From Podarcis melisellensis (taxonomy: Eukaryota), in NCBI GenBank assembly GCA_964234715.1, contig OZ174281.1: a stretch of DNA of 64,000 nt. One strand, written 5' to 3'. The notes below the pieces were generated by a model that made no database searches, was not told the origin of the DNA, and was given only the letters and a program-made list of their open reading frames with translations. The position numbers were made by a program, and so were the translations under genes. How positions within the stretch are numbered: the first letter of the stretch is position 1; every line of letters starts with the position of its first letter. Shown in pieces: positions 1-12,292 of this stretch.

Positions 1-26
1 CCTCCCCTATGGGATTTCCTCTGCAG

Positions 27-252
27 TTTTATTCTCAGGACGTCCACATGGAGTTGCAGTACAATGACAGTTAGAAAAAAGGACCAGTGAGTACTATCAA
101 CTTTTCCCCATAATAATGCACGCCATTTGTCTGAGAATAAAGCATCTAAGGGGGAAGTATGTCTAGTTATTCTTTTCTGTGAATTGCCAGGTTGGGCAGG
201 GCATGAAAGAGTTCACAGACTCATCAGGATTTTTGTTCCTCTGGATTTAAAG
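27..252 (+). pseudogene. Pseudo-exons 27-86 and 191-252
   Basis: ctgcag|...CCA|gtgagt then ttgccag|...AAG|gt. Phases join to give VLFSGRPHGVAVQ*QLEKRT-SWAGHERVHRLIRIFVPLDLK. Confidence 0.6.
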
Positions 253-949
253 GTTTTGTGACAATTAGCTCAGGATGGATAATTGTGTTGATTTTGTTTT
301 GTCTCAGGTTCTAATTTTCCCAGTCTTAGGTTTGGTTCTCCACATTTCTGCACCAGTCCTCCTGAAGATATATTAGCATTTTAGTACAAATTTCTCCTAT
401 TATCACGGCTGGCTCACTCATGAGGTGAGGTAAGGCAGTGGCCTCAGGCTCCAGGCAGCAGGGTGGGGGGGAGCTTCTGAGAAGTGTGCTGCTTACTACC
501 TCCTGTGTTTGTCAACCTCCTCTGTATATCCTGCATGCCCTGATGGGCAGAATGGCATTTTCTATATTGCTTCTAGTGGCAAAATGTCCTGGGGCTGCCT
601 ACCAATAATGCATGTCTTTGTATGCAATATTGCCGGATATACCGATTTTTGCAAGCCATATCCTCTAATAAAATCTATTTAAGATTCTGTTTTCTCTTAT
701 CGATCACCTTTATGCACACTTTACCCTAATATGCACATTATTTGATTGGAAAACTACATAGCAAAATTCAGAGAAGTGTGAGTTTTGAAAGTTTGCATAT
801 TGTTACAGAAGGTGTAAATTTCTTCTCCATCTATCCATGGATAATCTCAAATAACACCCTGGAGGAGATAGATAGTTTGGGGTTACCTCATTCATAAACC
901 AGGAAGCCACAACTAACATGCAAAGCTCCACAGCCCTAAATGCAGTTTA

Positions 950-1208
950 CCGTATTTTGCACTCTATAAGACACACCGGACCACATGACACACCTAGTTT
1001 TTGGAGGAGGAAAACAAGGAAAAAAATATTCTGAATCCCAGAAGCCAGAACAGCAAGAGGGATTGCTGTGCAGCGAAAGCAGCGATCCCTCTTGCTGTTT
1101 TGGCTTCTGGGATAGCTGCACAGCCTGCATTCGCTCCATAAGACGCACACACATTTCCCCTTACTTTTTAGGAGGGAAAAAGTGAGTCTTATAGAGCAAA
1201 AAATATGG
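950..1208. mobile_element. pogo/Tigger-type MITE
   Basis: TA flanks; TIRs ccgtattttgcactctataagac / gtcttatagagcaaaaaatatgg; internal palindrome. Confidence 0.8.
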
Positions 1209-1315
1209 TACCTTCTTTTGAAGTAAGGTAATCTGGGAACAATGTATTGGTTAGAAAAGGCCCAGAGATATCCAGATATGCGATGGAAGAAACAAAAGTA
1301 TTTCTTTTCTTGCAG

Positions 1316-2021
1316 GATGTCATTCTAATGTGAAGTCTTGTGATGTTCAATGCAGCCTTTCATAGAGCAGTGGATCCTTACAGAGCCATTATAACAGTCT
1401 GTTTATTTACCTGCGCTGAGAATGGATGAATGGGAAACAGGAAGTGACACCTGTGGCACCAGAAGGCAGAAACATTGCAGGTCCCAGAATAAAAGCAAAA
1501 TCAAGGCAAAGCACTGAAGCAGACTTTGATTACAACTGCTCTCATGAACAGCTCAGAATTCCTCCAGTCCCACGCAGACAACTGCAGATTGCATAGAATT
1601 ATTCCCCTTCTGATTAAGCTCATGAGGATAAGTTGATGGAGTACATATTCCATTAATTGTCCAGTTCTTTAATATGAATTGCTTCAGTAAAGCCCCCCGG
1701 AAGAAGAACTAGTTTTCTCTCTCTAACATCTCCCCACTTCAGTCACACAATGCATTCTGTTGATTAAGTTTTGAAGAACGTTGGCATCCATGTTTTAGGG
1801 TGTTGATCTCAAGCATTCCTAACCTTCCCTTAGCAAATTCAAAGAAGGTTGGGTTACATGGAGCTCAGGACACAAATTCTCCTCTGCCCTTGTGCTTGCA
1901 GAACGCTTAGCTTTTGTACAAGGGAGGCAGCATCTTCTTAGCTTCTCTGAAGTGATACTTGTAGACAAAACAGACCCATGCCCCACAGCTTCAAGGACAC
2001 TAGAACCAGATTACTCAGAAG
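1316..2021 (+). pseudogene. Pseudo-exons 1316-1627 and 1902-2021
   Basis: ttcttgcag acceptor, 312-bp phase 1-1 exon with stops and donor mutated to ataagt. Then a fully open 120-bp phase 1-1 exon: ERLAFVQGRQHLLSFSEVILVDKTDPCPTASRTLEPDYSE. Confidence 0.6.
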
Positions 2022-3056
2022 GTTGTTGTTGTTTTCTACAAGCCACCACCTTCCAGGAAACACTGACCTAATAACATAAAACCCAGTCAAACCATATCCA
2101 ATATACATTAATTAAAATGACTATTTGAAATTTATGGTGCCTGATTTTTCTGTCTTCTTCTTACCCAAGGCAAATAAAATATATTTAAATTTTGCCAGAA
2201 TATTGTCGGGGAAGGACCTGATCTGCCCCAGGAGGAGAAATTTCAGAGATAGGATGCTGTAGGAGAAAAAGCCCCCTTTTGTGTTTTCACCATCCATGCC
2301 ATCCATGGTGGCAGTGCTATGAGAAGAGCTTCTCCCTCTTAACCCATTACCCAATCTTAGCAGGGCTCCACTTCAACAGATGTCACTCCCCACCCCCTAC
2401 TAAAAAAGAGCTCATCCCCCCACTATGCAAATAAGTGCAGCTGCATTCACTTCCTCTGGTTAAGGAATTAAATAGCACGGTGCAGGCTCACTCTTTCCCC
2501 CAAGGATTAAATTACACCCAAGTCAGGAAATGCAACATTAAATTCACGGCAGCACTGATAGCTTGACTACATGGTACTTCTGCTAAATTTAAGATTTTGC
2601 TTGGTGTAGGTGGTTTTGTAAAAGCTAAGGGTTACTCCTACTATAGTTTTATTACACTGTAGCAACATGAAATATGTGTCTTGTTTTAATATTGCATCAC
2701 AATACAATGCAACAGACAATAAAATGTAATGTAACATAAAATGCAACTAAGTAATTGCCATTTTTGCTGCTTTGGCTAGGCATTTAATGACTTAAACTAT
2801 GCTGTTTTTCCTAGGAATATTTAACACACTTTAAGTAGTGGGGCTGGGGAGTAAAGATTGAAATCCCTATATATGACTTGCACATATTCAGCTTCAAGGT
2901 CTACCGCAGTGGCCCTTCTGCCCATTATGGCATAGCTCCTCTTTGCCAGCACCATCCATTTTCAGAGTTAGTTGATTACCTACATGCCCCTTAACAGAGT
3001 CCAACTTCTATGGCTATCAACCAACACTTTTCCCATGGTCTGATAACTGATGACTG

Positions 3057-3441
3057 CAGAGGCAGATTGAGGGGAGCACGTCCAGTTTGGTCACACTGGG
3101 TGCAGAGCTTCAGGGGCACTGAAGGGGACACCACAACTATTACAGTGGTACCTCGGGTTACAGACTCCGCTAATCCAGAAAGAGTACCTCGGGTTAAGAA
3201 CTTTGCTTCAGGATGAGAACAGAAATTGTGCAGCAGCAGGGCAGTGGGAGTGGGAGGCCCCATTAAAGTGTACCTCACGTTAAGAACAGTTTCAGGTTAA
3301 GAACGGACCTCCAGAATGAATTAAGTTCTTAACCTGAGATACCACTGTATTTAGAATGGAGCACAAGATGTGGGGGAAGGGTCCCAAAATTTGGTGTCAC
3401 AAAGGATGCTGCAGAAATTAGAGACTCAATGTCCGCCACTG
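3057..3441. mobile_element. Old hAT-like MITE hosting a Tc1/mariner MITE
   Basis: Ends cagaggcagattgag / ctcaatgtccgccactg (degenerate TIRs); TSD not recognisable. Confidence 0.45.
3143..3347. mobile_element. Tc1/mariner-type MITE (CAGTGGTACCTC family)
   Basis: TA|cagtggtacctcgggtta ... taacctgagataccactg|TA; five related copies in the window. Confidence 0.85.
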
Positions 3442-3889
3442 ACATAAGACACCTTAAGCTTGTCTTGGTTCATCCTGAAGCATCATTTATGGTTACAAAA
3501 AATGGTTCACCATTCCATGCAGTGAGTTGGGCTTCTTGCCCATATCAGGTTTTAGAAAAGGTTGAGATTGTTTTGGCCCCAAGACCTAAAACCATTCATT
3601 TTACCAGATTAAAGCAGGGGGAAGGTTCAGGTGATGAGTGCCAACTGCCCCACAGGAAACTTTGAGGAGAACCAGGGACTATATGGTTCGATTAGTATTT
3701 TGCTCTGTATCCAGGTCAGACTGCTATGATAGCTATTCAAACATAATTTAATGTTCTTTCCAAATCTAATCATAAACTATTTCAAACCATGGACATTACT
3801 CTCAAGTTAACTGAATGGACAAAGATCTCCTCCTGAGTTTAATTCTTTGAGTTTCCACTTACATATAAGCTGAACATTTATTCCTTTAG

Positions 3890-3961
3890 GCTTTCATCCA
3901 TGGAGAAGTAAATGTCTCAAAGAGGCCATCCATGTTCTGTTCTCCATGCATCATCTTCCAG
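3890..3961 (+). pseudogene. Pseudo-exon
   Basis: ttcctttag| GFHPWRSKCLKEAIHVLFSMHHLP |gtgtgt; 72 bp, phase 1-1, open. Confidence 0.55.
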
Positions 3962-4388
3962 GTGTGTTGACAAAACCTGGCACAGGTTGCTGGTTCCCTG
4001 AGTGGATCAGTGTTAATTATTTGAGTGAGATACTTGCAATGTGTCCTCCCTGTCTCTACTCTGTTCCTGGCCACTCCTCCTCTCCACACCCACCCCTCAC
4101 TGAGCAAGATCTCACCTGGGGTTTGTCTCTGCTAAAAACTCTGGAGACCAGCCTGGGAGTGGGGTGGGAGGTGGAAAGGGATGGAGCTGACTTAGGGCTG
4201 GGGCAAAGTGCTGCCCTCTCCCTTTTCCAAATCTTATGTTGTTCAGGAGTTCCCTTTCATTGCCGCTTTCAGAATCAGATTCTGCTGCTTTTCTACAGAC
4301 CCTCCAAGTGTCCCTATTTTCCAGGGACATCCCTGATTTAGAGAAGCCATTCCGGTTTCTGATTTGATCCCGGAATGTCCCACTTTTC

Positions 4389-5647
4389 GTCAATATGACG
4401 GGGAACTGGATTACATATAAAGAACTGATTACAAAAGAAGGAGGAAAATGGAAAATGAAACCCTATGAAGAAGTGAAAGAGTATGTGTATGATTGGTTGC
4501 ATTATTACCAGGCAGTAGCGTAGCGTGGGTTGTCAGCACCCGGGGCAAGGCAAGTAATTTGCACCCCCTAACCCGTGGATTTGCGCCCCCTAACCCTAAT
4601 CCCCAGATGTTGCGCCCGGTGTTGCCGGCCCCCCCTGCACCCCCCACGCTACGCCACTGTTACCAGGTTAATGAAATGTTTAAAAAGGACCTAAAAAAAG
4701 AGGTTATGAGGAAAAAGAATCTAAATTTCAAACAGAAATAATAAGCAATGAGAATAAAATTTTGTCCAAGATGTATAAAATTTTGCTAGAATGGTATACA
4801 AAAGATGAGGAAGTTAAATCGGTTATGATACACTGGGCCAGAGATTTGGGTTATAATATACAGTTTAAGGATTGGATAAAACTGTGGAATGAAAATATAA
4901 AATTTACAGCATGTACGGCGTTAAAGGAAAATGTTATGAAAATGATTTATAGATGGTACATCACACCCGTAAAATTGGCAAAAATGTATAAAACATGTAA
5001 TAAGTGTTGGAAATGTAAAGAAAAAGAAGGAACATTTTATCATATGTGGTGGGATTGTAAGAAGGTGAAGGGCTTCTGGGAAATGATATACAATGAGATG
5101 AAAAAGATGTTGAAATATACGTTTGTTAAGAAACCAGAGGCTTTTCTTTTAGGTATACTAGGAAATGAAATAAATAGAAAGGATTGTAAACTTTTTCAAC
5201 AGCAGTAACAGCAGCGAGAATACTACTGGCCCAAAAATGGAAACAGGAACAATTGCCGACGCTCGAAGAATGGAGAATGAAATTGATGGATTATGCAGAA
5301 CTGGATAAACTAACAGGAAAAATCAGATATATACGAGATCCGAAGTTCATCGAAGACTGGGGAAAATTTACAGATTATCTGAAATGTTTATGTGATGAGC
5401 AAATAACGCTAGTGGGATTTCAAGAAGCTCTGTGAATGTTAGAGGACTATTGTATTGATGAAAACTAAGAGGTGAAGGTTTATAAAATTCAATATAAAAT
5501 TAGGAAATTCGTTTTTAAAAATTTGAATAATGGATGATTGTCAGAGAGGTTGAAGGAAGTAAAAAAGGGAAAATATGTGACAAATTTAGATTGGATATTA
5601 TAAATGTATGTTGGAAAATTTAATAATATTTTTTTTTTAAAAAAAGG
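4389..5647 (+). mobile_element. L1-clade LINE 3' fragment (ORF2 C-terminus, 3'UTR, polyA)
   Basis: KFTACTALKENVMKMIYRWY..CWKC..EGTFYHMWWDC Cys-rich C-terminus; A-tail; 14-bp TSD atgtcccacttttc (4375-4388 / 5648-5661). Confidence 0.9.
4513..4659. mobile_element. hAT MITE inside L1 ORF2
   Basis: TIRs cagtagcgtagcgtggg / cccacgctacgccactg; perfect 8-bp TSD ttaccagg (4505-4512 / 4660-4667). Confidence 0.9.
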
Positions 5648-5929
5648 ATGTCCCACTTTTCCTTAGGATGTCTCTGTTTTCATTGGTGAAATGTTGGAGG
5701 GTATGGAGTTATCTGACCCTTGAGACATCTGAAGGCCATCCTGTATAGGGAAGTCTTTTTAAATGTTTGATGTTTTATTATGTTTTTCTATATGTTGGAA
5801 GCTACCCAGAGTGACTGGGGCAACCAAGTAAGATGTGTGGGGTGTAAATAGTAACATTATCATTATGGAATGGGACGTTCCTATTTTCATCAGAGAAATG
5901 TTGGAGGGTATGTTTCCATTGTGACACTT

Positions 5930-6380
5930 TCTGCCCAAAATGAAACCTCTTCCATGCTGCCTGACCCAGAATGTGGATTTTGTAAATTATGAAACCCGTT
6001 GTGCAACATTATGAGCATTTCAAGTAGGTTTCTTGGCATCAGGTTTCAAAGCTACAGGATCTAGCTACTGGGCAACTACAGTTTAGCTTTCTCTCAAATG
6101 GCCGAATACGTCTTTCTCATCCCACACAGCAATGCTTTTTCTGAAGGCATTTTCAGCATGTTCAAAAAGAACATTAAGTGAGGTTCAAAGCTCTTTAGGA
6201 AAGTCACCAGAAGGACAAGCTTCAACCTGAGCATACGCAGAGCACATGGGAATAAGAAATAGTCTATGTGCAGTGATGGCAGCAAAAATCAATGTATTTA
6301 AGAGTTCCAAATGCAACATCTGATCCCCAAAGCAAAATCTTATCTGCCCCATACAGAGGCTTAATGGCAAGAAAAGAGCA
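5930..6380 (+). mobile_element. Decayed hAT transposase C-terminal (dimerisation domain) fragment
   Basis: WHQVSKLQDLATGQLQFSFLS / (frameshift) MAEYVFLIPHSNAFSEGIFSMFKKNI ... LCAVMAAKIN, matching the hAT C-terminal W...L..PHSNA..E..FS pattern. Confidence 0.7.
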
Positions 6381-6853
6381 AACTTCTCAAAAAACTTAAG
6401 TTGAAATAGGGATTGGCAGTGCTCATGTTATGGCCTTCACTCATAGCGGGGAAGTTATGTGGGAAGTTTTGCTGTTTAAAAGCTTCCAGTTGAAAGTGGA
6501 AGCAGCAGCACTGAAGAGCAATTGCTTGTTTGGTTACATGGCAGTTTGTAATGAAGACTTTCCACCCATGTGGTATTTATTTATTTTTCAATAATGTTAT
6601 TTTTTATAATGTTGTATTTACTGTTAATGTTGTATATGTGTACACACAGAAAGAGATTTAATTGTATTTATTGATTTGAGTTTTTCCCCCTCTCGGGCTT
6701 CCCTATATACAAGACTTAAATTCAAACATTTCTGTGCTTAAAATATTAAGGTTTTGTGTGTTTCCACTAATAACTTTTGGATCAGCACAAAATGTTTAAG
6801 CAGTGATACTGACGTAGAATAGAATGTCCCTATTTTCATCTGAGGAATGGTGG

Positions 6854-7220
6854 TAAAGGTAAAGGGACCTCTGACAATTAAGTCCAGTTGTGAACAACTC
6901 CAGGGTTGCGGCGCTCATCTCACTATACAGGCCGAGGGAGCCGGCATTTGTCCACTTCAGCAGACAGTTTTTCCGAATCATGTGGTCAGCATGACTTAGC
7001 CGCTTCTGGCGAAACCAGAACAGCACACAGAAACGCTGTTTAGCTTTCCGCTGAAGCGGTACCTATTTATCTACTTGTTCTTTGATGTGCTTTCGAACTG
7101 CTAGGTTGGCAGGAGCTGGGACTGAGCAATGGGAGCTCACCCAGTCACAGGGATTCAAACTGCCGACCTTTCGATCAGCAAGCCCAAGCGGCACAGTGGT
7201 TTAACCCACAGCACCACCCT
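6854..7220 (-). mobile_element. Sauria SINE
   Basis: Reverse complement of the tRNA-like head and ACCTTT tail; TSD tga(g/a)gaatggtgg. Confidence 0.9.
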
Positions 7221-7832
7221 TTGAAGAATGGTGGACAGTATGCAAATAGTAGGTCTAAGTTATATTTTTTAGCTTTTGGAATGCACAACCATGAAAAATG
7301 TGTATGCTGATAAAGTAAATTAAACTAAAAACCATACACATTGTTCTGATTGTACTTCACATGTTTGAAATGATGCTTGAGCACAATGCTGGGCCTTTGC
7401 AAGATTCTTGCTGTTTCAAAACGTTTCTATTACTTGACATATCTGATATCTTTCTATATCTGAAAGCATTTATATAGCTCAGCTGCTCACACTGTTAACT
7501 TAGATTGTGGCTGTTCCTAGGAAAGGAGAAAAGCATTCTGGAATCCAAAGGCTACAGAAGTAGAAGAAAGACATTTCATTATCCTTCTCTCTTTGATGAG
7601 ATTACTCTTAACACTCAGAAAGGAATACAGACAGAATAATTCATAGTGACATTTTTATAATAAAAAAATACAGAACAGGCAAACAACTATTCAAACTATG
7701 TGCTAAAAATAATAGCCATCATTATTTAATAAAGATGTACATCATTTAATGAGTGCATAGGAAAAGAATCTATGTCTACTCTTATTTGGGCTGAAAGAAT
7801 TAATAGCCACATTTACCAGTTCCTAATTACAG

Positions 7833-9918
7833 CACCAATAGCACCATATAAGGCAGAATTATCTCCCTGGCTATAATGGACTGATGTCTAATTTTGACAT
7901 GAACTATATCACCTAGTAGTATCTTTGCCTAACATTGTAAGCTCAGCAATTTAGTACATTAGTGTTCTATATTATAATGTCCTGAAAATTCCTAATCACA
8001 CGAATAACTTTACAAAAAAAAATTTAAAAGACACATGGAACCAAGGAGATTTGCGGGTCTGATATGCATATGAATGAATGCTACAGATAGAACTCATGAT
8101 TTTTATTTGTGCCGTTTGCAGCATTGCATCATAATTCATCCCAAATTATAATCCCAGATGTCTTTTTAAGAACAGCAGTTTTATTCTAGAACACCACAGC
8201 CTCTTACTTTCAAGTTTGTATAGAGCCTAAAGCATATCCTTTAGGCAGAATTCTAACATCCACCCATTTTAATTTTTTTGTTCCTAAAAGCCTTATCTCC
8301 AACCTGGTGCCCTCCATATGAATTCTATTACAACTCCCAGCTCAGGTGCATTGGCTGGGGTTCATGAGAATTGTAATTCAAAATATCTGAAAGGCACCTA
8401 GTTGATGAAGGTTGTCCTAATTTTTCTTCTTTCTTAGTATTGCTTAGAAGCATCAGTTTCTTTGGGTGTTGTGTCCTTTAAGTTTTGCAGTCCAACAAAT
8501 GAGATCCAATACATCCTACCACCTAAGACAGACCAGCAAACACCCCCCCCCCCAGCTCCAGCTCCTCCTCCAGCCCCATGATACTGTGTGTGTTTGTGGG
8601 GGAACCCCTTCTTACTGTTAACCCTTCTCCTCCTCCTCAGCCCTGATGGCGCAGCAGTCCTGCTCCCTGCCCAAATGCCTTGCTCTGAGGAGTGACACAA
8701 GCATTCATCCTCAGTCCCTCCGTCTGGGAAAAACCAGGTTTTGCTACCATAGCAAAGCAGTGGTTTGAGCCCTTTGTGGGGGCCACCTCACCCCATAGTG
8801 CCTCACTCCAAGGAAGGCATGGGATGGGGCTGACAGAGAGAGATGGCTTTGGAGATCCTTATAGGAACCCTGCCAATCACTTTGACACAGAGCCAGACAC
8901 TTCAAGCAGCTTTTGCCAATGCAGCAAAATGGGGATGGCACTGCTATATAGCAGCTGCCGGTGGCTATTCAACAGTTTCTCATAGACACCTGGTTGCCCA
9001 CTATGAGAACAGGATAATCTGACTGGGTTGTCTCAGCCACTTTGGATGCTGGAATGTATGGACCATTGGCCATTGAATCCAGCAGGCTCTTCTTAAGTAA
9101 CAGCAGGCAAGCATACCCTAACATAGGCTATCTTTCTTGGACTGGGGCTGGCAGGTATATGGGCTGCTGGGCCAGGACTGATGGTAGAAGGCGGCCCTGT
9201 ATCTGTCTAACAGCAACAGAGGGCAAGCAAAGGGTCACAGTCCTTCCTGTCTTGCCACTTGAGCCAAGAGCCTCCTCATGGAAGGGATAAGCCTGTACAT
9301 AGATGCACATCTGTACAGCTGGGTGAATCGGGGGCATCTTGCAGCCATGCACCTGATATATGAAACAACCAAGTTCAGGGATGGAGAAACTGGCCTGGCT
9401 ACAAAGACCAGAGAAGCCTTCAGCTAGATGCAGGCACAGTGCTGTCAGATTAAAATGTTGGTCCTTTTTTTTTTTAAAAAAAAAGGACAAAATTTAATCC
9501 ATATCTCTTTTGAGTCCATTATGGAGGAAGTCAAGTAAAAACAGCAACACCACTTCTAATATATTTTGGAAGACCTGAGCTAAAGAGTTATTGATTAGTT
9601 TATTTATTTTTAATCATAATTCAAATCTATTTCAAGAGTACAGGGCACCATTATATATTTTTGTGCTCGATCTATATTTTACGTGAGGGTAAACTGTACT
9701 AATGAGAAAAAATATCAGTGTTCACTCTCATCTGGAAATATTTTCTAATTAAAATTGATTGCCCTAGTCCAGCTCTAGTCATGCTAAAGAAAAGGTATTT
9801 ATGCCAGCGTGTGGAAGGGGTGTACATTTAAGGCCCACCCCATTGAATGCAGTGCAGTGGAAATAAATTATATCCACAGACTGTTGTACATTTATGTTCA
9901 TGGTTCCCAGGGCTGCAC
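7833..9918 (+). pseudogene. Pseudo-exons 7833-7936, 8438-9456 (CR1-interrupted) and 9768-9918
   Basis: APIAPYKAELSPWL*WTDV*F*HELYHLVVSLPNI|gtaagc joins in phase 0 to YCLEASVSLGVVSFKFCSPTNEIQYILPPK...; later HRLSFLDWGWQVYGLLGQD*W*KAALYLS...KSLLMEGISLYIDAHLYSWVNRGHLAAMHLIYETTKFRDG; then a phase 2 join to PALVMLKKRYLCQRVEGVYI. Confidence 0.7.
8931..9097 (+). mobile_element. CR1-type 3' end fragment inserted in a pseudo-exon
   Basis: acacctggttgcccactatgagaacagg...gaatccagcaggctcttctta, typical of a squamate CR1 3'UTR. Confidence 0.55.
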
Positions 9919-11327
9919 ATAAGTCTACTTGCTCAGATCTCCTGAGCTGGATTAGGGCATCTATTTGTTTCTTATGTTTTGATGAGGGTGGGGGGAGGCC
10001 TTCCGTTTAATGAGATGCAGTGACATTTTATGGAAATGACATGGGCTGAGATCCAAACAGATCTGACTTCCATATGCACACGAGGACTTTTCCTGCCCCT
10101 TCTTGCGACCTTTTGCTACTACCAGAAAACCTTAAATGAATGATATTAATGACTTTTATTTTATTTTAACTTATATTATTTATATCCCACCTCTCAGAAT
10201 ACAAACCCTACCAAAATGGAACTTTCTGAAATGCCAAGCAATGCAAGGGAAACAGCATCTTCCCGTGCTTCGTCTGTTAAATGTGCAGATTCCAGTGCAG
10301 GTGTTGCCAAATATGGCTATATTGCAGAGGGTTGGACTAGATGACCCTTGTGGTCCCATCCAACTCTACAATTCTATGATTCTATGTGATGGAGCAAGAG
10401 ACTGGGGTCACATCCACACCATACTCTAATGCACATTTATACCATTTTAACAGTTGTGGCTTCCCTATGCAACAAACTGTTTCCAAAAGTTTAAAGGGTT
10501 TCTATGAAATTCAAACAAAAATTAGAAAGGCTGATTGCTTCCTGTACTGTAACATATTCTAAAACATGGTCAAATTTAGTATAAGCAATATTTTTAGATG
10601 TTCATGGGATGGCATCCAGAAAAATAAATGGAAAATATTAATAAATATACAGTCATCAGGACCTTGGTTATGTTTCCTCTCTAGAACCCATTTCCATTCA
10701 TCTCTCATTGCAAAATTGCTTCTGCTAGAAATGAATGCCAGCTATAGATATATAAGCAATAATAATCATATTTCACAGTCATAATGTGCGCAAGTCCCCA
10801 TTTGGGGGAATAGGGGGCAATTGTTATAGCTCAGTGCATTCTGGGGAAATTATATTTAAATTCATGATGTAAAACTTCATCAGGGAACACATGTCAGTCC
10901 ATTATACTCCAAGGCATGCAAATTTAAATTCAGAACAGAATTCCATCTCAAATATTTAGCAAGAGCCTTAAGGTACAATAAATGAATGAGCTGGGAGTGG
11001 GGGAGTCAAAGTCTAGTAGATAAATAATAATAATTTTTTGACCAGTATTTTCTGCCATCATCAAAAATTTTAGCTGAGAAATGGATTCCATGCATTTATA
11101 CCCAATTAAATTAAAAGGAAAACAATTAAAATCACAATTTGCCTGCTGCTCTTGAGGCAACTATTCCGACGATAAGTGCATATTTTAAAGCAATATCAGT
11201 TTTTAGACTTCATGTAAGCTTAACTTATTCCAAGACAAACCAAACCAAAACCCTACAGCCAGGTTTGCCCTGATTTTTGCTAGTGGAAAAGATGCCAATT
11301 TTAAGTCAGCTCTTGAAAATTTTCCAG

Positions 11328-12024
11328 GCATGCTGACTTGAACAAAGAATGCAGAATACGAATATCTATCTGGTGCAGTATTTCTTATGTGACTGAAATA
11401 TTCCATTTTCAGTGTGGAAGATGATTTTAATGTGCCCTTGATGTGCCGCAAAGGAATCATTTGGCACCTTCGCCAGGGGAGACAGGTGGTACTTCTGGCA
11501 TCCACTGAGGACATGGGAGGCACCCAGATAGAGGGATAATCGCACGAGCTGCTTTTGTTCAGGTTACACATTCAGCAGATAAATATTAAATAATATTCTC
11601 TTAAAATGATAGCTAGAATGATTAGTCAGTAGTCTACCTCATGGCTCAGCGGAAGAAAACATTTGTTGCATTCAGAAGACCCCAATTTCAACCTGTGGCA
11701 TCTTCAGGAGGAGAAAAGAAGTATTATGCCAGGTGCTCAGGCAGTATGCAGAGAGGGAATAAGGTAGTTTCCTACAGCACTATGCTGCCTACACTGAGTC
11801 AGCAGGCCTTTAGACCTGCAGATGGCACCCGATTAAATCTCTAGTAGCAGGAGGAGGGTGGGCTGTTCTGTCATGCGAGCTGTTCGGCTGGGACTGCCTG
11901 CAGTTCCCCATTCCAAACAGTTGCCCTGGTGGCCAAAAGAGGGACAAAATCCGATCCGATTTGCAAGGCTGACCACAGGGCTGACTTAAAACAAATTCCT
12001 TTCATATTTTCAATGTGATCATAG
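11328..12024 (+). pseudogene. Pseudo-exons 11328-11562 and 11851-~12024
   Basis: tttccag| GMLT*TKNAEYEYLSGAVFLM*LKYSIFSVEDDFNVPLMCRKGIIWHLRQGRQVVLLASTED...ELLLFR, with a phase 2 join to RRVGCSVMRAVRLGLPAVPHSKQLPWWPKEGQNPIRFARL. Confidence 0.65.
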
Positions 12025-12095
12025 GGTTGTCATTCGCATGCAGCAAGGCTTTGGCTATATGAGCTATCATTTCATGGCATAAGCAGCCACAGAAA

Positions 12096-12185
12096 CATAG
12101 CTGTCAACTTTACCCTTTTCTTGTGAGGAATCCTATTCAGAATAAGGGAATTTCCCTTTAAAAAAGGGAAACGTTGACAGCTATG
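12096..12185. mobile_element. 90-bp palindromic hAT MITE
   Basis: TIRs catagctgtcaac / gttgacagctatg; perfect 8-bp TSD cacagaaa. Confidence 0.9.
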
Positions 12186-12292
12186 CACAGAAAGAATTTC
12201 ACTTGCTTTTCTTTTTTTTTACATTTTTTTAAAATATAAAAGCAGCCCCACTCAAGTCATAGACTCTGCAGCATTAAAAGGAACTTCACTGA

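Larger units (their letters stand above)
4250..5912. mobile_element. Non-autonomous DNA element (hAT-like) split by an L1 insertion
   Basis: Repeat sequence with recurrent tgtccctatttt / atgtcccacttttc motifs continues across the L1 (up to 4388, resuming 5662) and ends gaaatgttggagggtatg. Left end approximate. Confidence 0.55.

Noticed and set aside
11328-11562. Resemblance of IFSVEDDFNV...WHLRQGRQVVL to kyphoscoliosis peptidase (KY) repeats
   Set aside because: Only a few residues match, and no transglutaminase-like motifs were seen in the other exons.
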